A DNA stretch of 64,000 nucleotides, taken from Octopus vulgaris. Lineage: Eukaryota. Each line of letters opens with the position of its first letter. The first letter of the stretch is position 1. Made by a program: the position numbers and the translations under genes. The DNA lies in contig OX597815.1 of assembly GCA_951406725.2 (NCBI GenBank), forward strand, positions 153,016,001 to 153,080,000, in the 5' to 3' direction. Below, in pieces: positions 1 through 11,973 of the stretch. Under the pieces are notes generated by a model, which saw only the letters and a list, made by a program, of their open reading frames with translations, ran no database searches and was not told the origin of the DNA.

Positions 1-71
1 CTAATGCATAATTAGCTGAGTATTCCACAAACACGTGTACTCTTAACATTATTCTTATGCTTAATCAACGA

Positions 72-950
72 TACATAGTCTGATCAATAAGTATCCGGAC
101 TGTGGCCATAGTAACGAAGCTAAAGCATGCAGAGTGAAGTCGCTTGGCACAGATTGACCTTGAACTCTGCTGTGCATTCGCCCAAAGTTTTAACGTTTTA
201 TCTCTCTTCCGCTGTTTACAATAGTGCTTGGAAGGAACGCGTTTAGCGTGTGATCGTCGCATTGACCATGAGCCTGTATAAAATTTTGCCAAAAGCTTGG
301 CGATATCTGCTCAGAGAACTATATAAAGTTGCAGAAAGTGAATGGAGAGGAGTGTATGAGCTGAAAAATGTCGATAGTATCGAGCATTCTGGGAGACGAG
401 CAACCAACAGAACTAAGAAAAACATCGCAAATGTGCGTGCAGCAGTGAGGGGATATCGTTGAACCTGTGAGGTATCAGAGGATGTGCAGATTAGTTACAG
501 TTCAGTTCAGTCCATCATCACAAAAGACTTAGGTATGTGACGCGTGTCTGCCAAGTTTGTGCTGAAACTGATTGAGCTGACAATGCGCCTGTTCATTCAA
601 CGCAGATTGTGCAGCAGTTTTTGGCCAGGCACAGCGTTCCCCAGGTGCGACAGTCACCGTATTCCTCAGATCTCGCCCCTTGCAACTTTTTCCTCTTTCC
701 AAAAATCAAATCTCGCTTGAAAGGAAGGTTTCAGGACGTCGAGGAAATCAAAGCGAATGCGATGAGGCAGCAGCTGCTGGTTATCCCATAAAACGAGTTC
801 CACGTAATCTTCTATCAATGGAAACAGCGCTAGATTAAGTGTGTGGCTTCTGAAGGGGACTACGTTGAAGGAGATTAAATGCCAAATTGGTATATATTGT
901 AGTTTTGTTTTTATAGTACCAATCCGGATAGCTATTGATCAAACCTCGTA
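72..950 (+). mobile_element. Mariner (Tc1/mariner) DNA transposon, internally deleted, decayed
   Basis: Imperfect ~30-bp TIRs: TACATAGTCTGATCAATAAGTATCCGGACTG at 72 versus the reverse complement of 920-950, TACGAGGTTTGATCAATAGCTATCCGGATTG, with TA at both ends. ORF 609-791 contains PYSSDLAPCNFFLFPKIK (mariner YSPDLAP motif). Length 879 bp is shorter than the usual ~1.3 kb. Confidence 0.9.
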
Positions 951-1059
951 ACCAGTGTTTTACAAAACTGACACTGTGAATCTCAGGTATAGACAAGTTG
1001 AGGGTTCTTCCTTCCAAACTTTCACTTCCAAATCTTGCATTGTTCGAAGACTGTGGTAA

Positions 1060-1142
1060 AAATAACATCATTTTGTGGAATCGAACTCAAGAGCTCACAA
1101 TTGCAAAGCGAACTTGTTAACCACTTGGGCATGGTTGCGCCT
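1060..1142 (-). mobile_element. tRNA-derived SINE head
   Basis: Reverse complement reads AGGCGCAACCATGCCCAAGTGGTTAAC...GAGTTCGATTCCAC (A-box- and B-box-like). It resembles the heads at 11773 and 36105. Confidence 0.6.
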
Positions 1143-1289
1143 ATGCATACAAAACACACGCACATATTTCTATCCAAACATATACATTTATTTTGCTGTG
1201 TGTGTGTGCGTGTGTATGTGTGTATCTATATACAAAGATACACACGTCAATATATACATACATACATACTCGCATACATACACACACAC

Positions 1290-1320
<31 letters not shown>

Positions 1321-1520
1321 CACACATTTATATATGATGGTGATGATAGATGTCAACTTAGTTGTGAGCACGATCATTACATATGTGCGTGTGTGTGTGT
1401 ATATACTGTATAAAATGTGTGGGTATATATACATACACATACACACATATATACAGTTATGGTCTTATATCTATATATGTATGTGTGTGGTGTACGTCTA
1501 TTCATGAGTGAATATTTATG

Positions 1521-1569
<49 letters not shown>

Positions 1570-1655
1570 CACGCGCGCTCACACACACATATGGATATAT
1601 ATATATATATACATATACATATGTATATACATAAACATACATACATATGTATAAA
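1143..1655. repeat. Compound microsatellite (CA/TA/TACA)
   Basis: Seen directly. It explains the YI/HT/CV ORFs. Confidence 0.9.
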
Positions 1656-2440
1656 TGTTTTCTCACCACGTTGTTATAAGACAGCGTTCCACTTCCTTCG
1701 AATTAAGTATATTAAACATACTATTTTGTGTGTAATTTGACACACAATATGCTACATGAACTCACAAAAAAGTTTCTGCTTCTGCTGTTTATCAGATTAT
1801 CTACGATCTCTTATTTAAGAACATTCAAGTAAAGATGCTTATCTTTGCAATAACGAAAATACAACAAACGCAGCAAAAATAAACTAGCAACAAAACATAA
1901 CCTTTGTTTAGATTGCCTAAGAAAGTCTTATTGGTATGACAGAACTACTTTGCAATATTTATCTGATTTTGTGGCGAGCGTCGTGGATCAAGAGATAAAC
2001 AGCGTGGTTTTGCTTCCCTGCTGAAGTCTTCTTTCCTTCGGTAAAGCTCTTGGGAGAGACGTGAAGGTCAAACTGTCCCATTTCTTTTCTAAATTTAACT
2101 CCAAGGCTTTTGTGAATCGAGGGTGAAAAACAAATGCAAAAACAAACAGAACGCATATTTATCTAATTTCGTCAAGCAAGCACCATATAGAAAGATGCAA
2201 GTTGTAAATGAAAGAAATTATATTACGTGACATTCATGTTTTTCCCTGCGTCATTAGCAGCGAAAATGAACTGAAATGTTTTCAACTGCGAAAACAATTG
2301 AGTTCCTGTATATGCACGGGCGCACTAGTGTATGTGCGTGTATGTGTGTGTATGTATGAGTGTGTATGTGTGCATGTGTGTGCATGCGCGCGTGTGTGTA
2401 TGTATATGAATATATATATATATATATATATTTATAAATA

Positions 2441-2760
2441 TATAGGGTTTGCCAAAAGTCACCCGACAGTAAATCAAAATCCATTTAATTCCAAGATTAA
2501 AACAAAAAAAAATTATATTAATAGACAAATATTAAATTAAAATACACTGATTTTAACAGCATTCAATTATTAAGCGTTCATAACTGGAATGAATAGATAA
2601 AATTGAATATTGAAACCCAGGTGTGTGTGTATCACGTAAGACCAGTGATGGGAATGATGATTTCCCCTCGCAAATACTAATCGGACAAATACAAAGTGTC
2701 GTTAGCCAATTGGAGGATATGTCCTCCTAAAAACAACAGTAGCATCGTCCTCTATGGGAC
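2441..2760. mobile_element. Possible Tc1/mariner-type terminal fragment
   Basis: TATAGGGTTTGCCAAAAGTC resembles the TIR of the MITE at 58571 (TACAGGGTGTCCAAAAAGTC). No partner TIR seen. Confidence 0.3.
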
Positions 2761-2827
2761 TGCCACATTTAGTTGGCAATTATAGTTTACGATATATATA
2801 TATGTATGTGTGTGTGTGTGTGTGTGA

Positions 2828-2859
<32 letters not shown>

Positions 2860-3139
2860 ATGTGTGTGTGTGCGTGTGTGTTTGTGTGTGTCTGTGTGTG
2901 TTTGCGTGCGTGTGTGTGTTTATACGTGTGAGTGGACAAATGAAGCAAAGAGGCATTTAACACATTTAGTAGGAGCTACATATATCATTATTTAAAACTG
3001 AACCTGACGAGCTAGGTTTCTGTAAGAAGTTCACGAAACTTTATGCCGCATAAGGCCGAATCAAACTGTTTTAAATAGCAAAACTAATAACAGTAGCAGC
3101 AGTAACAACAACAACACCACAACAACAATAATAATAACA

Positions 3140-3371
3140 GCAACGGACCATGATAAAACGATGGCAAAAAAGTCCCTTCATGGCAAATACTGGACTAAAC
3201 TAAATGCAAAAGAAATAGACAAAGAAAAATCCCAGTAATGGTTGAGAAGCTCAGGACTCAAAGCAGAGACAGAGGGATTTTTAATTGCAGCACAAGACCA
3301 AAGCCTCCCCACCAGAAATCACCAAAAACATGTAATGAAAAGAAATATAACAAGTAACTGCAGAATATGTG
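3140..3371 (+). mobile_element. R4/Dong-type (RLE) non-LTR retrotransposon fragment
   Basis: Manual translation gives KSLHGKYWTKLNAKEIDKEKSQ*WLRSSGLKAETEGFLIAAQDQSLPTRN...CRIC, the typical post-RT region before the CCHC knuckle. It starts right after (AAC/AAT)n. Confidence 0.8.
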
Positions 3372-4225
3372 CAGTTATCATCTCCATATAGGTAGGGATG
3401 AGCGCCACGTCGTCCGTTTTCAGCGTTTCTGTTCCGTGCAATTTCTTTGCTGGTAAACCTTACTTCCACCGTACCAAATTTCCTGCCGCTTGTCAGATAA
3501 ACTACACGCACCAGATTGGCTTCAGGCACTTCTCTATCTTCTCTTCTGTAATTTTCTCAATTTCTCTTTTTTACAAAAGTAAGTTTTGAATATTATTGTT
3601 TTCTGTTTTTCTTCTAATATTAATTTCTCCGGTGGCTGTATTGTAACTACGTTGTCATTTATTTGCATCATTTCACTGTATTTCATGAAATCACACTTAT
3701 TCGTCGAAAGCAGCCGGGTTCCACCCCCAGCTGCCAACGCGAAACTTTTTTTTCTTTGTTTGGTTGTTCAGTTTGGATGCTAGGTACATCAATTATTGTT
3801 TTGGACACAATACTTTTGTTTTTTGGCAAACTCGGGAATTCTTCTAGTGAAAGTTCTGACGAGCTTTCAGACACATCTCCAAATAACTCATACATTCTGT
3901 CATTCTCTTTTGCAACGGGGGATCCGTTATATCTTTGTTCGTAGTTGGCTCCTCGTCAGACAACATCTAATTCTTCCTTTCAACAGGAGAAACAAAACAT
4001 TTCTGTTCCAACAGTAGGCTCCTCGCTAGACCACATTCTTCCCCCCAACGGGGGAATGAACAACGCGTGCTTTCTACAAGCACTTAGTGCTTTCAAATGA
4101 AAACTCCAACAGTTAAGAAATTCAACAATTTAACAAGAAACAGCAGTTATTAGCAATATTAACACTAAGAAACAGCAATTTTCACCACGAACACATGTGC
4201 GACGCGTAAGAAACAAAAGAGATTT
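3372..4225 (-). mobile_element. Tx1/L1-like element: 5' UTR plus N-terminal ORF1, 3'-truncated
   Basis: Pieces KKSFALAAGGG...KYSEMMQINDNVVTIQPPEK...YLTSGRKFGTVEVRF are homologous to the ORF1 at 12326-13250 (SYAAV...YNRGRKFGPVDVCF). Clade assignment is inferred. Confidence 0.65.
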
Positions 4226-4234
4226 ACGAAATAC

Positions 4235-4450
4235 CTATTTCTTTACTACCCACAAGGGGCTAAACACAGAGAGGACAAACAAGGACAGACAAACGGATTA
4301 AGTCGATTATATCGACTCCAGTGCGTAACTGGTACTTATTTAATCGACCCTAAAAGGATGAAGGGCAAAGTCGACCGCGGCGGAATTTGAACTCAGAACG
4401 TAGGGGCAGACGAAATACCGCAAAGCATTTCGCCCGGCGTGCTAACGTTT
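4235..4450 (-). mobile_element. tRNA-derived SINE (Meta/MESC-like core) with long T-rich tail
   Basis: Reverse complement has GTTAGCACGCCGGGCGAAATGC...GAGTTCAAATTCC (B box), core CCTTCATCCTTTTAGGGTCGATTAAATAAGTACCAG, and tail ...CCCCTTGTGGGTAGTAAAGAAATA. Confidence 0.85.
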
Positions 4451-4904
4451 ACATTTAACGCTGCAATGTATTTTGAGGTGATTGTTCAAATTTCGTGTAT
4501 AAGTTTTTTTAGCTTCATATGATATACATTGTTATTTATAACTCAACTGGCATTCGAGATTGCTTATAGAAGACCATATACATTCCCTTTGTTAGGTTCT
4601 AAGTGAAAACAAATTTGCTACCTCACTTGTAAGATTAAAAAGTCTGATTTAGAAGGATATAAGTCGAAAGATACTTCAGTGTCATGGTAGTGAGCGGTTC
4701 GGGTCTCACAAGTAGATTTCGCATTTTTTACCCCTTCAAGAAGTGTTTAATCCTATGTATTATGAACTGTTTGGACAGTCGTTGGAGATATGTCGTTTGT
4801 AGAAGTTGTATAAATATACCCACGTATTTATGTTCATATTTAACGAGGCCTCAATAAAACTCTTCATGCTAAGAAATATTTTCATTATGCTAGCAAAAGC
4901 TAGC

Positions 4905-4977
4905 AATACACACACATACACACACATATATATATGTATATATATATATGTATATGTATACATATATATGTATATTA

Positions 4978-5037
<60 letters not shown>

Positions 5038-5069
5038 ACAAGCATAATATATTATATTTTTATATCCCG

Positions 5070-5107
<38 letters not shown>

Positions 5108-5134
5108 TATGTATATATATATATATATATATTC

Positions 5135-5177
<43 letters not shown>

Positions 5178-5204
5178 TATGTATATATATATATACATCA
5201 TACG

Positions 5205-5240
<36 letters not shown>

Positions 5241-5246
5241 CATATG

Positions 5247-5277
<31 letters not shown>

Positions 5278-5368
5278 TCATATATCACATACACACACAG
5301 AGACACACGCGCACATATATATATATATATATATATATACGTGTGTATGCAACATATATGCACGCGCG

Positions 5369-5425
<57 letters not shown>

Positions 5426-5465
5426 GTGTGTTTATGTACGTGTTTACGCGAGTGCGTGTGTATGC
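4905..5465. repeat. (TA)n-rich microsatellite tract
   Basis: Seen directly. Confidence 0.95.
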
Positions 5466-5631
5466 TTATAGGCTTGAGACTATATGTAGTAAAAGTCCAA
5501 TTAAGATTCAAGTCAGTTCTATAATGTATGAAACAATTGTATGAAACACTTGTACTAAAAAACTAATCCATTCTTGTTGCTTTTTTCTCGTATATGTATA
5601 TATATTCTAATCCATTCTTGTTGCTTTTTTT

Positions 5632-5788
<157 letters not shown>

Positions 5789-5957
5789 CGTATCACTTAG
5801 GTTTACGAGAGAGGGATGACCTCCCTTTGCAAACACCATAAGAGCACAGAAAGTGTGCCTAAAGCCAGCTGGAGACGATGATCTCCTGGGGCTAAAAGCT
5901 ACAGTAACACCCACCCTTAGTGGTTAGCCATATTGAGATGGCTAGTATACTTTACGT

Positions 5958-5968
<11 letters not shown>

Positions 5969-6033
<65 letters not shown>
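5969..6033. repeat. (GA)n microsatellite
   Basis: Seen directly. Confidence 0.95.
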
Positions 6034-6038
<5 letters not shown>

Positions 6039-6262
6039 TGGGGTTTAGCTCACTTGTGATCTTCACGAATTGGTTCGCTGGGTAAGTGCTGTAGCTCGTC
6101 GACCATTAGGTTCCAAGATCACATCTAAAGCTGGCTCTAGGGATCCGTGTTAGGGCTCCGTTATAGCATGTATGTATTATATTTGAGGAAAGATCAAAAC
6201 CAAACCAGAAGGAGTGTCTCAAGTCATTTAGATCAATTTAACTAGGGCAGGTTGAATTTGAA

Positions 6263-6322
6263 GTCTTACAGCAGTTTCTGGGACGACCCAAGTGGCTGGT
6301 TAGCATATTCGTCATCAGATAC
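6263..6322 (-). ncRNA. Hammerhead ribozyme motif, left arm of palindrome
   Basis: Reverse complement reads gtat-CTGATGA-c...ca-GAAA-ctgct-GTA-agac. The core is intact and stem II is degraded. Confidence 0.65.
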
Positions 6323-6674
6323 ATGGTATGAATATTTTAGACGGAGAAAATTTAGTTTACAAGGAATAAAATTCACGGTTTATAAGGAATAAAATAGAAG
6401 AATAAAGTAGTAAACTAGAAGAATAAAGAGCAAAAGTAGTTAGAAGAATATAGGCAGGAGAATAATGTTCACAACTCATCATTTTCAAGAGGATATGGAA
6501 GTACCGATCAACATCCATGTTCCCTGGAAAAAGCTGAGTCGTAAGCATTATTCTCCTGCCTATATTCTTCTAACTACTTTTACTCCGTATTCTATTTTAC
6601 TATTTTATTCCTTATTAACTGAATTTTATTCCTTGTAAACTGTAAATTTTTCCTGTCTAAAATATTCATACCTT

Positions 6675-6750
6675 GTCTCTGATGACAAAATACCCAGTGC
6701 ATGGATGTGTAAACCAACCATTTGGGTTATGCCAGAAACAGTTGTAAGGC
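6675..6750 (+). ncRNA. Hammerhead ribozyme motif, right arm of palindrome
   Basis: gtct-CTGATGA-c...ATACCCAGTG...CATTTGGGTTAT..ca-GAAA-cagtt-GTA-aggc. Stem I gtct/aggc, near-palindromic stem III, GUA triplet. Confidence 0.7.
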
Positions 6751-6830
6751 TTCAAATTCACCTTACCCTAATTCAGTTATTTTAAATGACTTGAGATACT
6801 CATTCTGCCTTGGTTTCAGTTCATCCTCTA

Positions 6831-6969
6831 ATATAATATAATATATAATATAATATAATATAATATAATATAATATAATATATATATATATACATATATA
6901 TGGTTTATTTGGAGATGTTTTATTATCTAATTATATATAGTCTAATATATACATATACATACATACATA

Positions 6970-7028
<59 letters not shown>

Positions 7029-7215
7029 ATGTTATTATCACTCCGAATATGCTTGAGTCACGTTCGAACCGGTGACACACACACACATGTGTGTGTAAAT
7101 TTATATGTATGTATGCACGTGTGTGTGTGTGCGTGCGTATGTATGTGTGTGCGTGTGTATGTGTGTATGTATGCATGTATGTATGTATGTGTGTATATAC
7201 CTATTCATACACACT
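6831..7215. repeat. (ATATA)n followed by compound TA/CT/GT microsatellites
   Basis: Seen directly. Confidence 0.85.
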
Positions 7216-7687
7216 GACACGTATTCGTAAACGTGTGTATATCAATTTACGCGCACGTCTGTGATTCCTGTTTTTATTTAAATACTTTGTAAATCTGCTC
7301 AAAAAAGTATTCCCTACAGCAATATCTGGGCAGATTTGGGAATAAGTACTTTTGGATAGTCATTAATGATCATGCTCTACAATAAATACATGTAATTTTT
7401 TTCGCTAAATTTCGAAGAATGATGAAAGAATCTATACAACAGAACTAACCCCAAGCGAGTTGTTAAAAACTACACAATAGTTTTAATGCTGGCCATAAAA
7501 AGTTTAAGATTGTATATTTACATTCTTAAGTCACTGAAATAAAACAGCCTCTCTTAGTTTCTACAATCTGATTTCTCAGCGGAGTAAAGTACAGCGTTTA
7601 GAGATGGTAGACATTGCTTTTTATATGAAATATAATCTTAATTATTAGTAGGCATGGAACTCCGTCTTCCATTATGTGTCTGCAAGT

Positions 7688-7901
7688 AAGGCAGCAAGCT
7701 GGCAGAATTGTTAGCACGCCGGGCAAAATGCTTAGCGACATTTCGTCCGTCTTTACGTTCTGAGTTCAAATTCCGCCGAGGTCGACTTTACCTTTTATCC
7801 TTTCAGGTCGATAAAATGAGTACCAGTTGAACACTGGGGTCAATGTAATCGACTGACACCCTCCCCTCCAAGTTGCTGACCTTGTACCGAAATTTGAAAT
7901 C
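7688..7901 (+). mobile_element. tRNA-derived SINE (Meta/MESC-like)
   Basis: GGCAGCAAGCTGGCAGAA..GTTAGCACGCCGGGC...GAGTTCAAATTCC...GTCGATAAAATGAGTACCAG; same family as 37971. Confidence 0.85.
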
Positions 7902-8659
7902 AGTGTCATAGTTATGGCTTCACGTTCGATTCTGTTATGCGGTACTTAAAAAAATGTGTTTTATTATTGATTTGACTTTGTGAATGAAGGCAAAAACAAG
8001 TATATCAAATACCGCACTTTATAAATACTTGATTTATTAAAATTAACCCCCGCCTTTAGGAGATGTATCATAATCATCAAATGACAACACAAACTTCATC
8101 TGAGAAGAAGAGATTATCACAAGATTCAAGGATTTTCCAAAGCTGACATTCCATTAAGGAAGAGAAGAAGCTTGTGAATGAAATTGAGTGGAAAGAAGCC
8201 CGTCAGATGAAGTTTATTTGCTTTTGAGGTTTGAATCTAATCGGTCACCCACCTTGCCTTGATTACCTTCAGAGAAGTTAATTCCGTTGCAAGATTCCGG
8301 ACCATTTCTCGATAACTTAATGCATTGCTCCCTATTGCAGTAGCTCATAAGTCGTGATATTTCCCCTCCTTCCTTGCTCTATGACCAACCCATTAAACAT
8401 CAAAGGCTCCGTCCTTTCTCCTCTGATTTGATAATATATAAAAAAAGCTGATGCCATATTCTTTAGTATCTTTGATATAATTTTATTTCTATTTTTATTT
8501 CAAATCTATTGGTAAGAACTATTTTTAACCCTTTAATCTTTTGGTAAGAACTAATTTTAACCCTTTAGGACCAAAAAATACTTGAGCTCTCAACAACTGC
8601 CAACTTTACAAAGCTCGAATGAGATTTATAATAGAATACTATTATAACATCTAGGATTT

Positions 8660-9050
8660 TCTAAGACACAAGTACGATTGCTTCACACATACATATGTAC
8701 ATCCTGAGCTACATTACTCAACTGATTATTATAGAGTCACTCATTAAGAGGCTGTAATCTCTGGTGCCAGACATGCTGTCTCCACACTATATTTTCTTCA
8801 TTTATCACAATTGTATCTGCTCTTCAGAGCTGGCAGGCCTTATGCAACTTTTACCCAGATCTACTGACTCATTTGTCCCTAATCCTCTATTTACTCATAT
8901 TTTGATTATTACTCAGTGCCTGCACTAATCTCGGTATTTGACTCTTCTCTTTAAAACTGTCGGCCATCTGGAATTATCTTCTAGCCAAGTTTTTCCTGAA
9001 ATCGTCACTATAGAATTGTTCACGAAGAACGTGAATTGTATTGATCTATG
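8660..9050 (+). mobile_element. Decayed CR1/L2/Jockey-group LINE 3' end
   Basis: Frameshifted remnants RHAVSTLYF...CSSELAGLM...KTVGHLELS / AIWNYLLAKFFP resemble the C-terminal 'RR.VSSL..FY....CSSEL / SFFPRT..LWN.LP' region. Confidence 0.5.
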
Positions 9051-9400
9051 TCTTGGGAAGATTTTGGACGCCTTGAGAAATCCTTCCTGATTAAACCATT
9101 AAAAAGAATAAAACAAATAATCCAATAAGTCATATGGTGTGAGAAAATAGGATTTGAAGGTGATCATGCATTTCCCAATGACACAAGAGAAGTAAGTGAA
9201 GTGAAATCGGTTCAACTGGAAGTCAGAAAAGAATAATAACGTCAACCTAATGTAGCAAATTTATGAGAAATCAGATCTCCATCCCTCAATAAAAGACTGG
9301 ATTTGAACCCAGCACTGCAATCTGGAAAAATCTCTTGCTAATTATACAGTGCTCTAACTGTTTGAATCAGTCCAATGATAATTTTGATTTGCCATATATT

Positions 9401-9613
9401 GATTTCAAATTTTGGCATAAGGCCAGCCACTTCAGGAGTGAGGATAAGTCGATTACGTCAACTCCAGCGTTCAATTGATGCTTATTTTATCGACCCCGAA
9501 AAGACAAAAAGCAAAGTCGACTGCGATGGAATTTGAATTCCGAACATAAACACAGGCGAAATGCCGCTAAGCATTTTCCCGGCGTGATAACGCTTCTGCC
9601 AACTCGCCGCCTT
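9401..9613 (-). mobile_element. tRNA-derived SINE (Meta/MESC-like), copy 1 of head-to-tail pair
   Basis: Same head and core as 7688, in reverse orientation. Confidence 0.8.
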
Positions 9614-9630
9614 TTGAGTTGCCATTTCTT

Positions 9631-9837
9631 AATTTCAAATTTTGGCACAAGGCCAGCCAGTTCAGGGAAGAAGGTAAGTCGATTACATTTATCCCAGTGC
9701 TCCACTGGTACTTCGGCCCCGAAAGGACGAAGGGCAAAGTCGAGCTCAACGGAATTTGAACTTAAAACGTAAAGACGGACAAAATGCCGCTAAGCATTTT
9801 CCCCGGCATGATAAAGATTCTGTCGACTCGTTAGCTT
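9631..9837 (-). mobile_element. tRNA-derived SINE (Meta/MESC-like), copy 2 of head-to-tail pair
   Basis: ATTTCAAATTTTGGCACAAGGCCAGC tail repeated from 9402, with the same core. Confidence 0.8.
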
Positions 9838-10636
9838 GGAAAACAAATGTTGATAATTTGTTTTAAAGAAAACATGTGGTTTTATTTGACATGGTGTTGC
9901 TACAAACTAGTTAATGGTAATGAAATTAACATACTTATTACTAAAAGAACAAACAATGAATTCCTGGTTAAATTTTGTATTTTCATCCTCTATGAAAGCA
10001 TTTCCTTGCTGTGGGCTGGGAGCGGAGGGGGGAAAACAAAAACAAAACAACTCTACAAGTAGATTCACAGAAATTAAACTCTAAAATGTATCAAATTCAT
10101 TTTATTTGACTTAAACGAATCACTTGCAAAATGTTCTTAAACAACGTTAAAATATTTTCAATAGAATGAAAGAAATATTATGACTCAGAAACGAGTTTTA
10201 ACTTTTATCATAAATTGAATTTTTGAGTTCTGTTAAGTTGTCACACTAATGGTGAACGAAATTTTCTCTTTGATTACCAATGACTCTGTTTTAGATTTCT
10301 TTTGCAAACATTACAAACTGTACCTTAAACTGTAAGGAAGTAAAAAAGATGAAAAACAAATAGCAACTTTTAATTTGAACAGATTTCATGTTACAATGCT
10401 TCTCATACAATTTCACTTGTTTCATCTGCAGTGAAATGATGAAAGAACGGTTGGTAATTAAACAAAAGCAGACATGAAAAGAATGTCACAGAGGTAGTGG
10501 TCAACGAACTACCGACTTTCATGAAAATAGTTATTAAAGAAGTCTTATTTCGCTGTCAACTTCGCCACTCACTCTACGAATCACTGATATATACAACTGT
10601 ACAATTGTATAAAATCTTTACATACATACATACATA

Positions 10637-10670
<34 letters not shown>

Positions 10671-10671
10671 T

Positions 10672-11635
10672 ATATCTTGTGTCGTGGCATATTCATGCCG
10701 TTGACTAATCATAGCTTGTTCCTTCTCCATTTATTTCTGTCTCTCGCAACATCACCCAAGTCTTTCTCGCTCTGCACATTTATTCTCTTCTTCATCCAGT
10801 CGAACATCTTCACTCTCTGCCTTCCTCTCGCTCTCCTTCCCACCAGCTCAGTCTCCACCATGTAACGTTCCATTCTGCTATCCTCAAAGAGAAAATGACC
10901 AACAAATCTCCACTGTCTCTCCCTGATAGTATCCATCAGCTGTCTCTTCACTTTCCTCTTCCTCAACACCTCCACATTCGTCATTCTTTGTACCCACGTG
11001 ATTCTATGTATTTTTCTATTAAACCACATTTCTGCAGCTTTGAGTCTCTTCTCCATGACTTTGCTTATCGTCCAAGACTCACATCCATCTGTTAGCACCG
11101 ACCAGATGAAGCACTTCAATAGTCTTTTCTTGACTTCCATTCCAATTCTCTTTACACAAAAAGTGTTCCTTATATCCATAAAAGTTTTCTTTGCTAATCC
11201 AATACTGCACTTGATGTCCTTATCTGACCTTCTATCTGAAGTTATTCAACTTTCCAGATATAAGATAATGTTCTTCTGCTCTATCCCAGTACCATTCACC
11301 GTCAAGCGACACGTGGGTACTATGCTTTCTTGGTACAGATCATTGAGAAAGATTTCTGGCAGTTAATCGTCAATCCAATCTTTCCACTCCCCTCAGTCAC
11401 AATGATAATCCAATCCCTGAAGTTTCTCTTCTGTGTTCGCAAACAAAGCCGTATCGTCTGCATACCTCAGGAATTGTTATAATTCCTTTCTCCCATTTGT
11501 AACCCTGCAATTGTCTTGATCTTGCTTAGAGCTTTCTTACTGTACGGGTTGAATAAATTAGGTGCCAAAATACAACCCTGCCAGACACCTTTCTGAATGT
11601 CAATCCATACACTCTGATGGCTGCTTTCTGGTCCC
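10672..11635 (-). mobile_element. RTE-clade LINE, 5'-truncated (RT C-terminal half and 3' end)
   Basis: QGCILAPNLFN and LRYADDTALF RT motifs. ORF 10709-11179 LLKCFIWSVLTDGCESWT...RQWRFVGH...GRRARGRQR is typical of RTE. Confidence 0.9.
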
Positions 11636-11636
11636 A

Positions 11637-11705
<69 letters not shown>

Positions 11706-11706
11706 T
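11637..11706. repeat. (AAT)n microsatellite
   Basis: Seen directly. Confidence 0.95.
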
Positions 11707-11734
11707 TAGAAAAAGTGTTTTTTTCTAATTTATG

Positions 11735-11772
<38 letters not shown>

Positions 11773-11775
<3 letters not shown>

Positions 11776-11936
11776 CGCAGGAGTGGCTGTGTGGTAAGTA
11801 GCTTGCTCACCAACCACAAAGTTATAGTGTTCAGTCCTACTGCGTGACACCTTGGGCGAGTTTCTTCTACTATAGCTTCGGGCCGACCAAAGCCTTGTGA
11901 GTGAATTTGGTAGACGGAAACTGAAAGAAGCTCATC

Positions 11937-11973
<37 letters not shown>

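Larger units (their letters stand above)
6174..6840. repeat. ~670-bp imperfect fold-back palindrome (two head-to-head ~330-bp arms)
   Basis: AAAAGTAGTTAGAAGAATATAGGCAGGAGAATAATG (left) pairs with CATTATTCTCCTGCCTATATTCTTCTAACTACTTTT (right). GTTTACAAGGAATAAAATTCA pairs with TGAATTTTATTCCTTGTAAAC. TCTCAAGTCATTTA pairs with TAAATGACTTGAGA. The centre is near 6505. Confidence 0.95.

Noticed and set aside
1959-2156. 65-aa ORF in unique sequence
   Set aside because: No recognisable domain or convincing splice signals.
2995-3050. Hammerhead-like CTGACGA...GAAA (also minus strand 49375-49430)
   Set aside because: No convincing stem I, stem III or cleavage triplet.
8091-8215. 13-bp inverted repeat AAACTTCATCTGA/TCAGATGAAGTTT as MITE ends
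   Set aside because: No TSD, and the right side overlaps a SINE-like remnant. Likely chance.
10324-10329. 6-nt minus-strand micro-exon TTTAAG after a strong acceptor
   Set aside because: Weak donor (GTACAG), and no supporting exons on that strand.
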